Source: Octopus vulgaris
Lineage: Eukaryota
Direction of reading: 5' to 3'
DNA: 64,000 bases
NCBI GenBank assembly: GCA_951406725.2
Contig: OX597815.1
Span: 10,106,001-10,170,000 of the forward strand
Positions 12,506-25,230 of the stretch are shown in pieces (positions within the stretch are counted from its first letter, which is position 1; each line of letters begins with the position of its first letter). The notes beneath the pieces are model-generated. The model saw only the letters and a list, made by a program, of their open reading frames with translations. It was not told where the DNA came from and made no database searches. A program made the translations under genes and the position numbers.

Positions 12506-12708
12506 CGAAGGGGTGTTGAAAAGTTCCTGGTTTTAAGGGTGTCGTAAAAGGCCTAGTTGGAGGCCCAACCTTCTGAGTTCTTTTACAGGGCTTAGAAAAA
12601 CTGAAGGACCGCTGCAATAAGTGTGTGAAGCTGAGAGTAAAATCATAATTAATTGATCCACCCGTATTTTCTTTTACCCAAAGCCAGGACCTTTTCACCA
12701 CTCCCTCG
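12506..12708. mobile_element. mariner-derived MITE
   Basis: TA-flanked imperfect TIRs CGAAGGGGTGTTGAAAAGTTCCTGG / CCAGGACCTTTTCACCACTCCCTCG. Internal EKLKDRCNKCVKL resembles the mariner C-terminus. Confidence 0.7.
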
Positions 12709-13313
12709 TATATGGCTCATTCTTAACAATACCCTGCCATCTATTCATATTTTCCACATACGACTTTCAAGAACTGCCAGTCATTTCCTACTAACATTCG
12801 CACCTACCATCAACAACCCACTATATTTCTTTGCCAGCGCATTCACTCTTACATCTCGAACTCTATCACCTCGATCTACCCGCCCACACTCCTTGCAATC
12901 ATTATGTACCCATCCCCATCTTTTATCTCCTCGAATCTTTCATCCTTTCAAATCTGCTGTATCATGCTGCTATTTCTGCACCATTTCTGTACTGCCAGTC
13001 ATCACTTCCTCTCTCTCCTGAGCTACTATCTCTGAACAACTTACACTCTCTTCAGACACTCTTGCAACCTTTACCCACCCACCCTTCCTCACACTCTCTT
13101 TTATCCACCTTCTCGTGGCATTCTAACACCATCTTTATCACATAGTATCCTTCCAATCATCCCACCCCATCCGTTATATAAAGCAGGATAGCCATGTATT
13201 TCCCCTACAACCCATCTCTGTCCCCTCTATTATCCTTTAACATAAAGCATTTTTTTTCTTTACTATATGTCCACACAATCAAAAGGATTAGGGCACCTAC
13301 CAGTCAAAATCAT

Positions 13314-13548
13314 ACCTATTTCTTTACTACTCACAAAGGGCTAAACACAGAGGGGACAAACAAGGACAGACAAATGGATTAAGTCGATTACATCGACCCC
13401 AGTGCGTAACTGGTCCTTAATTTATCGACCCCGAAAGGATGAAAGGCAAAGTCGACCTCGGCGGAATTTGAACTTAGAAAGCAGTGGCGGATGAAATACC
13501 ACAAAGCATTTCGCCCGGCATGCTAACATTTCTGCCAGCTCGCCACCT
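13314..13548 (-). mobile_element. SINE family B
   Basis: TSD GTCAAAATC(A/C)TACC. Confidence 0.85.
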
Positions 13549-14299
13549 TGTCAAAATCCTACCAAAACTGAAACACAGTAGCAAGACATTGTCCTCTAGC
13601 CTGGTGAACCTTATCAAATTGTCCAATTCAACATGGAGAGCTGATATGAAATGATATGCCCACACACACTCACAAGGACATGTGACATATCATTATCACT
13701 GGATGTTAAACAATATGTCACAAGTCCATATAGTGGACTATATGTATGCACAGATACACACACATATCTGTATGTATACATGCATATACACAGTATACTC
13801 AAAAAGACATATTTCCACATATCATCATCATCATCGTTTAACACCCACTTTCCATGCTAGCATGGGTTGGACGATTTTGACTGAGGGCTGGCGAACTAGA
13901 TGGCTGCACCAGGCCCCAATCTTATCTGGCAGAGTTTCTGAAGCTGGATGCCATTCCTAATGCCAACCACTCCGAGATTGTAGTGGGTGCTTTTATGTGC
14001 CACCTGCATGGGGGCCAGTCAGGTGGTAAATACATACATCATCATCATTTAATGTCCACTTTCCATGCTAGCATGGGTTGGATGGTTTGATATAGAGCCA
14101 GCCAGCTGGAAGCTGCCCAGACACCAACTGTTTGTTGTGGCATGGTTTCTATAGCTGGATGCCCTTTCTAACACCAACCACTTAACAGAGTGTGTGTTTT
14201 ACATGACACCAGCATGGGTGCATCAATGCAGCACTGGCATGGATGCTTTTATGTGGTACCGGCACCCGAAAGAACAAGCCTGTATGTAAGGAAGACAGC

Positions 14300-14452
14300 A
14301 ATTTTAATTAGCTTGATGCATCTCATCAAGTACAGCAAATTGCCACACCTCCCAGTCCTTTGTCATTTCCTCAATGAGGCCCAGCATCCAAAGATCCTTT
14401 CTCCTCACTTCATCCCATATCCTCCTGAGTCTAGTCCTTCCACAGGTACCCT
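14300..14452 (-). mobile_element. RTE-clade LINE C-terminal fragment
   Basis: GTCGRTRLRRIWDEVRRKDLWMLGLIEEMTKDWEVWQFAVL resembles the RTE GRPRKTW...DR..WR motif. Confidence 0.65.
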
Positions 14453-14587
14453 TCACACACACACACCTATATAAATGCATTATGTAAACACATACATATA
14501 TGTAAATAAATACGTTTGTATATGAATGCATATGTAAATACACCTTTGCACAGGTAATATGCTCTCATCACAGTCAGTACCCACTCA

Positions 14588-14921
14588 TCTCTATATATAT
14601 AAAGCTGAAAGTTGTCTGTGTATGGCAGGTTTGGTAGCCTTCAACTAACACTATTTCCTCCGAGACCCTGCAGCGCAAGTTGACCAAAATTGAGAGTATG
14701 ATAGAAGAAGGCTTGCTCTTCCTTCCGTAGAAGACAAAATTGAAATCAGACCATGTTAACACCAAAAATTATTTATATCAAAAAGGTGCTTTTTTTCTAT
14801 GAAAACCCCTATTTTTTACGATTTTTTGACTGCTGCTACATAATGCAAAATTTTTACTTTTCAAAAATTCCAATTCTAAAGGGTCGAAACAAACCCAAGC
14901 AACACCGGGCGATACTGCTAG
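14588..14921 (+). mobile_element. Non-autonomous Helitron, second subfamily
   Basis: A|TC start and the same 3' hairpin-CTAG|T end, with a different interior. Confidence 0.8.
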
Positions 14922-16616
14922 TATATAGTAAAAAGTCTATCAAAAAGTCTGACTGCCTCCTCTGTATTGATGCCAGACATGTGGCCTTCTTCCAGAAGCA
15001 AATTTTCCAAGAACGGGACACCACATAGATCTTGATTTTACTGCCAACAACTCACTCTGGGCAATATGCCACCACCAACAAGGGATCACTAGACATTTCT
15101 GTCCCACACTTATCTTTCTAGTTGTTGATGCTGCTTCTGTTTAGCCCCCTCCATGCCACCTGATTGATAAGGATGTGCTAGAGCTGTGACCACTGGATCA
15201 GAGCTACAATGTCTAACCTATATGGAGTGATTTGGTTGTTATTTTTTTGGAAGTTGAGTGACCACATAAACACTCCCTATTTGGCTAATTTTCAGAAAAA
15301 CCTAATCCTCATACTGTGCAACATTAGTTTTTGATATTAGGAACTTCTTGGATACTGAAATCTCTTTTGTTTTGAGAATTAAATGTTGCTGTGGCTGAAT
15401 TTCACTGGCAATGCCTGAATTTTGAAGGAATTTTAATGGTTATTTATAGCAGACTGAATGCCTTTGTAGTCTTGTTTTCATTTTATTTCTTAGTTATTTT
15501 GAGAAATGGCAGTTGCCAGCCTCGCCTGGCACGTAAAAAGCACCCACTACACTCTCGGAGTGGTTGGCGTTAGGAAGGGCATCCAGCTATAGAAACACTG
15601 CCAGATCAGACTGGAGCCTGGTGCAGCCTTCTGGCTTCCCAGATCCCCGGTCGAACCGTCCAACCCATGCTAGCATGGAGAACGGACGTTAAATGATGAT
15701 GATGAGAAATCTTTTTTAGTTTAGCAACTGTCTGGTGATCTTTGTGATGGTTTGTTAAGAGAGTGAAGACCTCAACTGCCTTCAAGCTAAGATTTAGTGA
15801 GTTCTTCAGTAAATTCATTCTTAACTTCATGAACCTACAAACTCTCATTATTCTACATATGTGCTTCAGATAATTTAACTGACTTAGCTAAGTGTTAAAA
15901 ATCTTCACTGAAACGTTCCATTAGGGTTGTTCCTATTCATTCATATGAATACTGAGACCAATTTGAGAGGGGTTTATCACATTGTTTATTCCCGTACCCT
16001 TTGATAAGTGAGGGCAAAAGGTGACCCTGCCTGCACAGACTGAGACCATTGAGCTTCTTCTTTAAGTGTTCAATGAATTGCATTCCAGTCATATAGTAGT
16101 ACTTATTATAACTTAGCTGATCACAAGAGGAAAGAGGTCAGAATGTATCCTTGCTTTACTCTAGTCACAATTTTATATGTACAACAAGTAAGGTGCTTTC
16201 TGTGGATTACCCTACATATTTGGATAATTTAACTTTCATCACATTACACCACCTAAGATGTTCTTGCAGAAAACATTCTTATATTCATAAAATTGAAATA
16301 TTATGTGTTTTAAAGACAAGGTGACCAACCATCCACTCATATATACTAATATCTAATCAGAATGGAGCACCAAGATAGGGAATGTGTATATATATTTACA
16401 TATGGACTGCATGTGTGTATATATTTTATCATGAGACTCATAAGCGCAGCTGTGGTTGTGTGGTTGAGAAGTTGCTTCCTTACCAAGTGGTCTAGAGTTC
16501 AGTCTTACTGTGTGGCACCTTGGGCAAGTGTCTTCTACAATAGCTGACCAAAGCTTTGTGAGTGGATTTGGTAGCTAGAAAGTGAAAGTGTGCATATATA
16601 TATATATATATATATC

Positions 16617-16958
16617 AATGGAAATTGTAGCTGTGATACCAGTGCCGGTGGCACGTAAGAGAACCATCCAAATGTGGCTGTTGCCAGCGCCGCCTCGACT
16701 GGCCTCCGTGCCGGTGGAACATAAAAAGCACCATCCAATCTTGGCCGTTTGCCAGCCTCCCTGGCACCTGTGCCAGTGGCACGTAAAGAAGCACCCACTA
16801 CACTCACGGAGTGGTTGGCATTAGGAAGGGCATCCAGCTGTAGAAACACTGCCAGATCAGACTGGAGCCTGGTGCAGCCTCCTGGCTTTCCAGACACCGG
16901 TCGAACCGTCCAACCCATGCTAGCATGGAAAACGGACGATAAACGATGATGATGATGA
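16617..16958 (+). mobile_element. Family C retroposon
   Basis: Family match with (GAT)n tail. Confidence 0.8.
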
Positions 16959-17626
16959 TATATATATGTATACACACACACACACACACGTGTTTAAACA
17001 GCACTTGATGGTTGTAAATGAGCACTGTCAAACAAGAGAAGTCGTTTGTTTCCAGTCTTCCATAAAAACATATCTGGCTATGGGAAAATATTACATTGCT
17101 TGCAAAAATGAGGGTTGGTAACAGGAAGAGTACCCAGCTGTAGAAATTCCACATGGATATCGAATGATGATAACTTGGTACTAATCGATCGAAACATTGC
17201 TATTAATGCATCTAAGAATGAGGAGAGTTCAGAAAAAAGCCAACTTAATAAATTCTTCCTAATTTTGGAAAAAGGTAGGCAATTTTGATGAGAAGCGGGT
17301 AAGTCTATAACACCAACCCCAATACTTGACTGATACTATATTTTATTGACCCTGAAAGAATAAAAGCAAAGGTGAACTTGGTGGGATTTGAACTCAGAAT
17401 ATGAAGAAAAAACACACTAAAGCAAAAGGTCAGCAATTTTGAGGAGTGAGAGAGGTTAGTCAATACAGATTTCAATACTTGAGAGGTACTTTATGAAACC
17501 CAAAAGGATCACAGGCAGACCTAGGTGCAGTTTGAGAGGAAATTTCTAATATAGGGCATGAGACCTCAAATTTATAGGAAGGATTTAGGAGTGTATGTAT
17601 GCATGTATGTGTATATATGTATGCAT

Positions 17627-17687
<61 letters not shown>

Positions 17688-17735
17688 CATGTATATATAT
17701 ATATTTTTTTTCTCTCCTTGTTTCTTTTCTGTGTA

Positions 17736-17775
17736 TCTTTCTGCTGAAGAGCGTAGGCTCGAAACGTAAAAGACT
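17736..17775 (+). ncRNA. Minimal hammerhead-like motif in a (TA)n-flanked ~170-bp repeat (second copy on minus, 48063-48205)
   Basis: CTGAAGA-gcgtaggctc-GAAAC-GTA. Stem III could form only by dimerisation through ACGT; stem I is imperfect. Confidence 0.4.
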
Positions 17776-17869
17776 TGTTTTATTTATATTCCTGAGCGCC
17801 ATACTAATACAATTGTTTGTTTGTATTCCACCTGCCTTCGACTTTTGTTTATTTTCATAAAGCTTCCCG

Positions 17870-17916
<47 letters not shown>

Positions 17917-19149
17917 CCCCACTAACAATAATAATGTTTATTCCTAAGATAGGCATAAGGTTACATATTTATGGGTGGGATCGTCGATTAAATCAACATT
18001 ATGGTGATGAAAAGCAAGGTTTGAACTCAAATCAAAGTAATTAGTCCAACCGTTTTTGCCACTCCACCGCATTGCGGGTGGGGGGAGATTCTACAGAAAT
18101 TGCTAAAAAAAAAAAAAGAAAAATTAGTGAGTGTCAGCGCTAGAGTAAAAAGTGAGTTTTCCCAATGATCACAAGACGTAGTAGAACTGTGCGAGAGAGA
18201 GAATTGGCTGTAAGGAAGTGATGGAGGAGAGGTGGTTTGTATTGACTTATGTAACCATGGAGAGAGGATGGAGATGTCTAGACGAGAAAGTAGCGGGGTA
18301 GAATATGAATAGGTCGAGAAAACGGAGATGATGTATAGAGAAACGGAAAGGGGAAAAGGAGATAATTGTAGAAGAGAGAAATATATAGATATAATGTGAG
18401 ATATAGAAATATTGTCGAAATGATAGACTGATAATAAATGAGACTAGAGCTGTCTGGTCTTGCAAGAAGCTGCTGCTGTTGGTGCTATGGTAACCGACGT
18501 CTCAATTAGACGACCGCCCAGGAATTCCACCCCCACGCTCTCTCTCTCTATCTCACTCTCTACACACACACCCACGCACGGACCGATGTGGTGTTCGTAG
18601 CATGCTGATATTGGCGGTCACAGGACTCTCTCTCTCTTGCTCTTTCTTTCTCACACACACACACACATCTACTTGTTGAGTCACACGTCACACACACATA
18701 CGTACGTATACACAAACCCAGTGTCTCACATGTGCGCTGAGTCACACACACATGATATATCAGTACGCTTTTTATCAGACATCATACAACGATCAACACA
18801 AATATTCACACACACACACACACCCATTCGCCTAACCTTTTCAACACACACATCTATCTATATATATATATGTATATACAGGGTGTCCCCAAAAAAATGT
18901 ATACACACCTTAAATAATTGTAAATTTGTTATTCTTTGTAAGCCTAGTACTTATTCTATCGTTCTCTTTTGCCGAACCACTATGTGTATACATTTTTTGT
19001 ATGTGTATACATTATGTAAAAGTAAAAAAATATACAAACGGGACAAGAACGTGAAACATTTAGAAGACGACACAAAAAACACGGACGGGACATTCGAAGC
19101 ATCGGTTGTCAAGCAATACTTTGGGGTCAAACACAGACACACAAACACA

Positions 19150-19191
<42 letters not shown>

Positions 19192-19621
19192 TACGACGGG
19201 CTTCTTTCAGTTTCCGTCTACCAAATTCACTCACAAGGCTTTGGTCAGCCCGAGGCTATAGTAGAAGACACTTGCCCAAGGTGCCATATATATATATATG
19301 TCTAAGAGTCCCTTAAGTCGGGAAAAAATGCATTCGTATATCTGTCAATAGAGAGGGTATATTTATATATTTATGGACTAGCAAGAGAACGAGGAACCTC
19401 AACGTGGTTCCTCGACCTAGTAGAGATAGAAGTCAAATTTCCTTCAAACTATACACAATCTTAAAATAAAAAGAGAAGATCACGTCGGTTAAAGTAGTCC
19501 TAGATACACTACTACTGAAAAAAAAAAAAGGGGAGGGACCGTCATGGGATGCGTGCCTTAGAATCTGAACGGGCAAACCCTAGAATCTAAGCATAGTATT
19601 GTTCGGTCAGAACAGATTATA

Positions 19622-19865
19622 GGTACTACTTAAGAACAGTGGTCCCATGCGCGCACTCGCGCTAGCTAGTCGTGACTAGTCGATCCTTACTTTGTTGTTT
19701 TCGTGTGTTATTTACTTTGTTTGATAAAAATTACTTACTTTGCGTTTTTTGTGTTTTATTTACTTTGTGTAAAAAAAAAAATCATTTATTTTGTGTCCGA
19801 CTAGTCACGATTAATTAGCTAGCGCGGATGCGCGCACCGGGGAGCCACTGTTCTCAAGTAGTACC
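19622..19865. mobile_element. MULE-type MITE family 2 copy
   Basis: Same TIRs and interior as 12061-12316, reversed. Confidence 0.75.
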
Positions 19866-20472
19866 GTACCAAAATTATAGGTATGCAAATATATTTCATC
19901 ATATCAAACGCTCCGAAATTAGTCAGAAGCTCTTAATTTGAGCCACGTTTCATCAACGCAAAGATCAAAGACTGAGGCCCCACCCTCCGCGCACTCCCGA
20001 TCCGTTTCGAAGTGTTATATAATACATAAATAAATAAATGAAATAGATTCTATAAACATTATCACGTGTCTTGCGCCTGATGCCTATATTTAGCAGGAGG
20101 AATAACCCTAAACCCCCCCACTTTCAACTGCAGCACATACATACATACATACATACATACATACATACATACATACAAACACGTACCCTCCTATAGAACT
20201 CAATAAACCCCCTTTCTCCCTACCAATTAAGCCCCGTCCCCCCACCGCCGCCGTCTCTGTTTATATAATACGTAATGTAAACATTACAACTCTGGAATGA
20301 GAGGAGGTTGAACAGGCAGGCATATATATAAACTACAATTTCTGTCTCGAGCTATATAGACAGACACAAAATCGTAGTAAGAAATTAGAGTAAGTTCGAT
20401 TTACACCTAGATTTCAATATTACTTTTCTCCTTGTTTCACTCGGGAGGTTTCTTTATTTTTTTTTTATACTT

Positions 20473-20645
20473 AGGCGCAGGAGTGGCTGTGTGGTAAGTA
20501 GCTTGCTAGCCAACCACATGGTTCCGGGTTCAGTCCCACTGCGTGGCATCTTGAGCAAAGTGTCTTCTGCTATAGCCCCGGGCCGACCAATGCCTTGTGA
20601 GTGGATTTGGTAGACGGAAACTGAAACAAGCCTGTCGTATATATG

Positions 20646-20684
<39 letters not shown>

Positions 20685-20883
20685 CTGTGTTTGTCCCCCT
20701 AGCATTGCTTGACAACCGATGCTGGTGTGTTCACGTCCCCGTCACTTAGCGGTTCGGCAAAAGAGACCGATAGAATAAGTACTGGGCTTACAAAAAGAAT
20801 AAGTCCCGGGGTCGATTTGCTCGACTAAAAAAGGCGGTGCTCCAGCATGGCCGCAGTCAAAATGACTGGAACAAGTAAAAGAG
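20473..20883 (+). mobile_element. SINE family A
   Basis: Full-length copy. Confidence 0.85.
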
Positions 20884-21028
20884 TTATTCTTTAGCTCCAA
20901 TGAGCTGTAAACTGGGACCACTGAGTCATTTTTGTTGTCCCCCCGACAGTTTCTGACACAACATAATATCCAATTTGTAAGCTTAGAGGGTGTGAAATAA
21001 GGGAGATCCGGACTGCTTTTTTCTTTGA

Positions 21029-21545
21029 CCCCTTAGTGTTTAGATCACTCTGTCAAACGTAATACTTCTTTATTCACGTTGTTTTGAATTAATTGTTCCT
21101 TATCTCGTAACTTCAAAAATTCTGATGATGTGATTGTTTATCTTTAGAATGACATTGTAGGGTAGGTGTGAGAGGCTGAAATCTCATAAGGGCAATCTTT
21201 CGTCTCTTAGTAGACCTTTCCGTCGATTTCCGTAAAAAAAAAATTTATTTTTTTTTACATATGGGCTTGCGGGAACTTTTGAAGTAATGAGAGCGAAAGA
21301 GACTAAGAGAAAGCGATTGTATGACGGGGGAAGTTCTTTTGAAGTTACCGTGCATGGGAGCATTGATGTACAATGTGTGTGTGTGTGTGTGTGTGTGTGT
21401 TTGATGGGGTGTGGGAGACAGACAGTATGTTGTGTAATCGACGGAAAGGTCTACTAGAGACGAAAGATCGCCTCTCATAAGTTTGAACATAAAACAAGGA
21501 TGATATTCTGGCCAGATATGGCCAGTTTAAACACTAAAGGATTAA
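21029..21545. mobile_element. piggyBac-like non-autonomous element interrupted by a MULE MITE (second copy 53760-53983)
   Basis: Degenerate TTAA-CCC...GGG-TTAA-like ends; interior shared with 53760-53983 in reverse. Confidence 0.5.
21191..21472. mobile_element. MULE/Mutator-type MITE family 1
   Basis: TIR GGCAATCTTTCGTCTC..AGTAGACCTTTCCGTCGATT; perfect 9-bp TSD TCTCATAAG. Confidence 0.85.
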
Positions 21546-22766
21546 ACCCCAAAAAATATTTTAATGTGAATTCGTCAATAATGCAACGTAGCCGAGTTAT
21601 TTCATGGGCAAATCGGTTTGTTCTAAGGTTATTAAATCCGTTCTTGTTGAATCGAGGATATTTGGAAACTCACAGGAACTGGATCCAAGCCGAGTTAATC
21701 CCGATCCTCGGAAATACTTGCAGTAAACACGCAACCAATTTTCCCCGGTGTTAAAATGTGGTCTTAGCTATTTTCATTTCTCGAAAATACGCTATTTAAA
21801 AAAAGAAAATCATTTATATGTATACCATTCATTAATTTGCTTTATTATCAGGTACGATGACTAAAGCTCCATATATGCGCCTAACAGGGAAAAAACATTG
21901 GCAAATCAATGCCCCAGTGACACAGTCATTGCTAAATATAACCTCATTGTGACATCTTGCTGCAGTGAAAAATCTTCCTTGGTGTTACCTCCTGTGCAGG
22001 AGGGATCTCTTTTCGATATCAATCTACTATTATTATTATTCCACATTGACCTACTGTAGCCCAGACTTTACATAATGTTAACATACTTAGTCTAGACATA
22101 GGTCAGTGACCCAGTGAAAGCAAAAACTTACATAGTATGACCCAAACAAACCTTACTCTATAGTAAAAAAAAAATTCTACCAATAACGTGGAGATCGATT
22201 TCTTCCAGCACATTTTGGTAAGATAACTAATTCTGAAATTGAACCCCAATATTGCTGAGAATTACTCTTTAGCATATAGTTCGCACTGATGGGCAAACTC
22301 CTGCTCAAATGCGTTCCAACCAGGACCACACCATCTTAATTTAGGCACAGTACTTCCAATAAGTCATACCGTTTTTGTAAGATAGTAGGTTTGATCCTAG
22401 TGAAATTTGGCTACTATTTTAGGAACTCGATTGACCACTTAGAGTTCCCTCATTGACAATACATAAATGACCTGAATCAATTTAATTAAGGTTATGTATC
22501 AAGTCAAATATTAAATGATTATTACAACACTAATAATTAAATCAAAATAAAGTTGGAGTCAGGAAACAATATTGCGTAAGAAGAGAGAACAACAAAGATG
22601 TGTTGGTAGGTAGCATCGTGTTCAATAAACACACGTGTGTATACATTATATGTGCGTGCATTGTTTGTATTTATACACACACATATACCTAAGAGGAATA
22701 CACTCGTATAAACATACAAGTCATAGGAAACAGTACACACATAAGGTCCGTGGGCCAACAGGTTTT

Positions 22767-22828
22767 GGGGTCTGAGGATACGCCATAAAGCTGAACCCGT
22801 TTATGGACGGGAAACCCAAGGTACTCCC
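22767..22828 (+). ncRNA. Type I hammerhead ribozyme-like motif (degenerate second copy at 58493-58545)
   Basis: ggggt-CTGAGGA-..ccataaa...tttatgg..-GAAAC-ccaag-GTA-ctccc, followed by (TA)n. Confidence 0.5.
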
Positions 22829-23295
22829 ATAAAGCGGCCTTCCCCAATTTATATATATATATATATATGTGTGTGTGTATGTGTATACATATATATATAT
22901 ATATATGAAACCATGGCGACTGAAGAAGGGTTTTTTTCCTTGTTTTGTATGTCCTGTACTCTATTTTTTTGTTGTTTAAGAAAAATGTCCAGTTCCTTGG
23001 GTTTGTGTCTATGTTTTCGTTTCTCATTGTGTTCGACGTTTTTTTTTTTGGTGTCCTGTACTCATATATGCGTGTATATATACATGTAGAGGTAGGTACG
23101 TACATATATGTATATATATATATGCATATGTTTTATTTATTAATATATATATATATATATATATGTATATATGAGGGCTGGGGGAAAGTAGCTGTGGTGA
23201 AAGAACAGACATGCGTCAAATAATCAATCCAAACAGATGAAAAAAAAAACCCCAAAACAATTTGGTTGTTTTTAATTACAAAATGTTCTACTTAC

Positions 23296-23378
23296 GGTTT
23301 TTTGGGCTCCGGAATTGCAGGTTTACTGTTGTAATTTCTGGCCCTTTTACTCTGGAATAACCTATTGAGGAAGGGCAT
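23296..23378 (-). CDS. Probable first coding exon of a minus-strand gene, FNIP1/2 (folliculin-interacting protein)-like N-terminus
   Basis: cacaacATG start; MPFLNRLFQSKRARNYNSKPAIPEPKK+CC, then a strong donor |GTAAGT (phase 2). Resembles the FNIP N-terminus (human MAPTLFQKLFSKR..., from memory). No downstream exon recognised in the window. Confidence 0.5.
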
Positions 23379-23579
23379 GTTGTGATTGTAAATTGGTGCC
23401 GTTTGGAAACGTACCAGAGGTGTGTGTATGATAAGGGGGGGAAAATAATATATTGGGCAAACCAGCTATTGTAGTATTGATATTATTGATATATATATAT
23501 ATATACGTTGTTGATGTGTGGATGTAGTTTGCAAGGTGCTTGTGTTTTTGTTATGGCGGTGAGACTGGAGTCACATCCG

Positions 23580-24066
23580 TGTGGTGTATATTTCAAGAGA
23601 TGTGTGGTGTGTGTGTGTATATTTCTAAAGATGTGTGGTGCGTGTGTATATTTCAAAAGATGTGTGGTGTGTGTGTATATTTCAAAAGATGTGTGGTGTG
23701 TGTGTATATTTCAAAAGATGTGTGGTGTGTGTGTATATTTCAAAAGATGTGTGGTGTGTGTATGTATGTTTCAAAAGATGTGTGGTGTGTATATATTTCA
23801 AAAGATGTGTGGTGTGTTTGTGGTGTATATTTCAAAAGATGTGTGCTGTGTGTGTATATTTCAAAAGATGTGTGGTGTGTGTGTATGTTTCAAAAGATGT
23901 GTGGTGTGTGTGTATGTATATTTCAAAAGATGTGTGGTGTGGTGTATGTTTCAAAAGATGTGTGGTGTGTATGTATATTTCAGAAGATGTGTGTGTGTAT
24001 ATTTCAAAAGATGTGTGGTTTGGTGTGGTGTGTATATTTCAAAAGATGTGTGGTGTGTGTGTGTGT
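23580..24066. repeat. Minisatellite, ~16 copies of a ~29-bp unit (GTATATTTCAAAAGATGTGTGGTGTGTGT)
   Basis: Direct inspection; explains the three overlapping spurious ORFs. Confidence 0.92.
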
Positions 24067-24624
24067 ATGTATGAGATGGGATATGAATTAACAGTAGCAA
24101 AGAGCAGGGGTTAGAAAACTAGTACTGATAACAGAAAGGCCAGAAAAGTAGTACTAGTTTCTAATAACAGTTACTATAAGTGTGTGTTTGCTTGAAGCCA
24201 AGCTCCTGTGGTCTTTGATTGTAAAGTGCACTGACTCTCTCTCTGTCTCTGGTTCCTTGTTGGAGATGATGTTGATGAAGGGGGGGGGGGGGGTTGGTTA
24301 TTCCATTAAAAAACAAATAGATCGATGGATAATTGGTGGGGTGGGGTGAAGTGCTTGGATGGTCGTGGTACCGACGGACCAGACTGCGGTTTTACACATA
24401 AGAGTGGAGACAGACTAAGAGGGAGATATGCGGATGTCGTAGTGAAGCAGTGGAAGAAGAAAAACAAAACAAACCAGCCATGTCTGAATTTACGAGGCTA
24501 ACTGTTGGAGTAGGAGGAGGAGGATATTGCGGGAGGGGAAGCGGAGGTGAAAGCGATGAGAGAGAGAGAGAGAGAGAGAACAAATGAGATGGAGAAAGGG
24601 TAAATGAGAGATACAGAGAAACAC

Positions 24625-24915
24625 TGAGAGAGTGTAAGTGAGAGAGGAAAAGGTGAAACGTATACAAACTCTGAGAGAGGAAAAAGATGAAAAGTATACA
24701 AAGTGAAAGAGGGGTGGAGGAAAGAGAGTGAGGGAGAGAGGAAAAAGGTGAAAATATACAAATTCAGAGAGAGGAAAAAGGTGAAAAAGTATACAAAGTG
24801 AAGGAGGGTGGAGGAAAGAGAGTGAAGGAGAGAGGAAAAAGTGAAACGTATACAAACTCTGAGAGAGGAAAAGGTGAAAGGTATACAAAGTGAAAGAGGG
24901 TGAGAGGAAAGAGAA
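24625..24915. repeat. Purine-rich tandem repeat (~95-bp higher-order unit of GAGAGAGGAAAAGGTGAAA..TATACAAA)
   Basis: About three degenerate units. Confidence 0.7.
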
Positions 24916-24929
24916 GTGAGGGAGAGTGA

Positions 24930-25060
24930 ACGCGCGCAACGACGGGTCTGTGATCACGTGATTTGGCAGGCGTCGTTGATTGGTGCTCGTAAAACGTCTT
25001 ACTATTGAGTGGATGTCAACAGCAGTGATTGAATGGCGTTGTTTGATTGGTCCGTTTCGC
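24930..25060 (-). promoter_or_regulatory. Putative promoter: palindromic E-box/CLEAR-like ATCACGTGAT plus two CCAAT boxes
   Basis: CpG-rich unique patch. ATCACGTGAT at 24953-24962; ATTGG at 24979-24983 and 25046-25050 (CCAAT on minus). Lies about 1.6 kb upstream of the 23378 ATG. Confidence 0.55.
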
Positions 25061-25230
25061 TGGTGCTATTGTTAATGCTTTGCTCTTCTTGTCAGAAGCA
25101 ATTACTTCTTTTTTTTATTTTTGGACGATGGCGATGGTGATCGACTGTTAATAAGTCTTTGCTGCCATACTTCCTGCTTTGGATTTCACAACTAGAATCC
25201 AGAGCATACGCTAAATGATTTTAGCAAGTG

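Noticed and set aside
12720-13200. CT-rich ORFs or possible LINE endonuclease relic
   Set aside because: Too degenerate to assign a motif by eye.
17000-17065. KRLLLFDS peptide as candidate FNIP exon 2
   Set aside because: Flanked by in-frame stops, lacks the IR..YQD motif and appears to lie in a decayed repeat.
18637-19305. 222-aa ORF
   Set aside because: Patchwork of microsatellites, TIR and SINE fragments.
23508-24114. Three long Cys/Val-rich ORFs (159-188 aa)
   Set aside because: Translations of a stop-free minisatellite in all three frames. Not a CRISPR array either, since there are no unique spacers.
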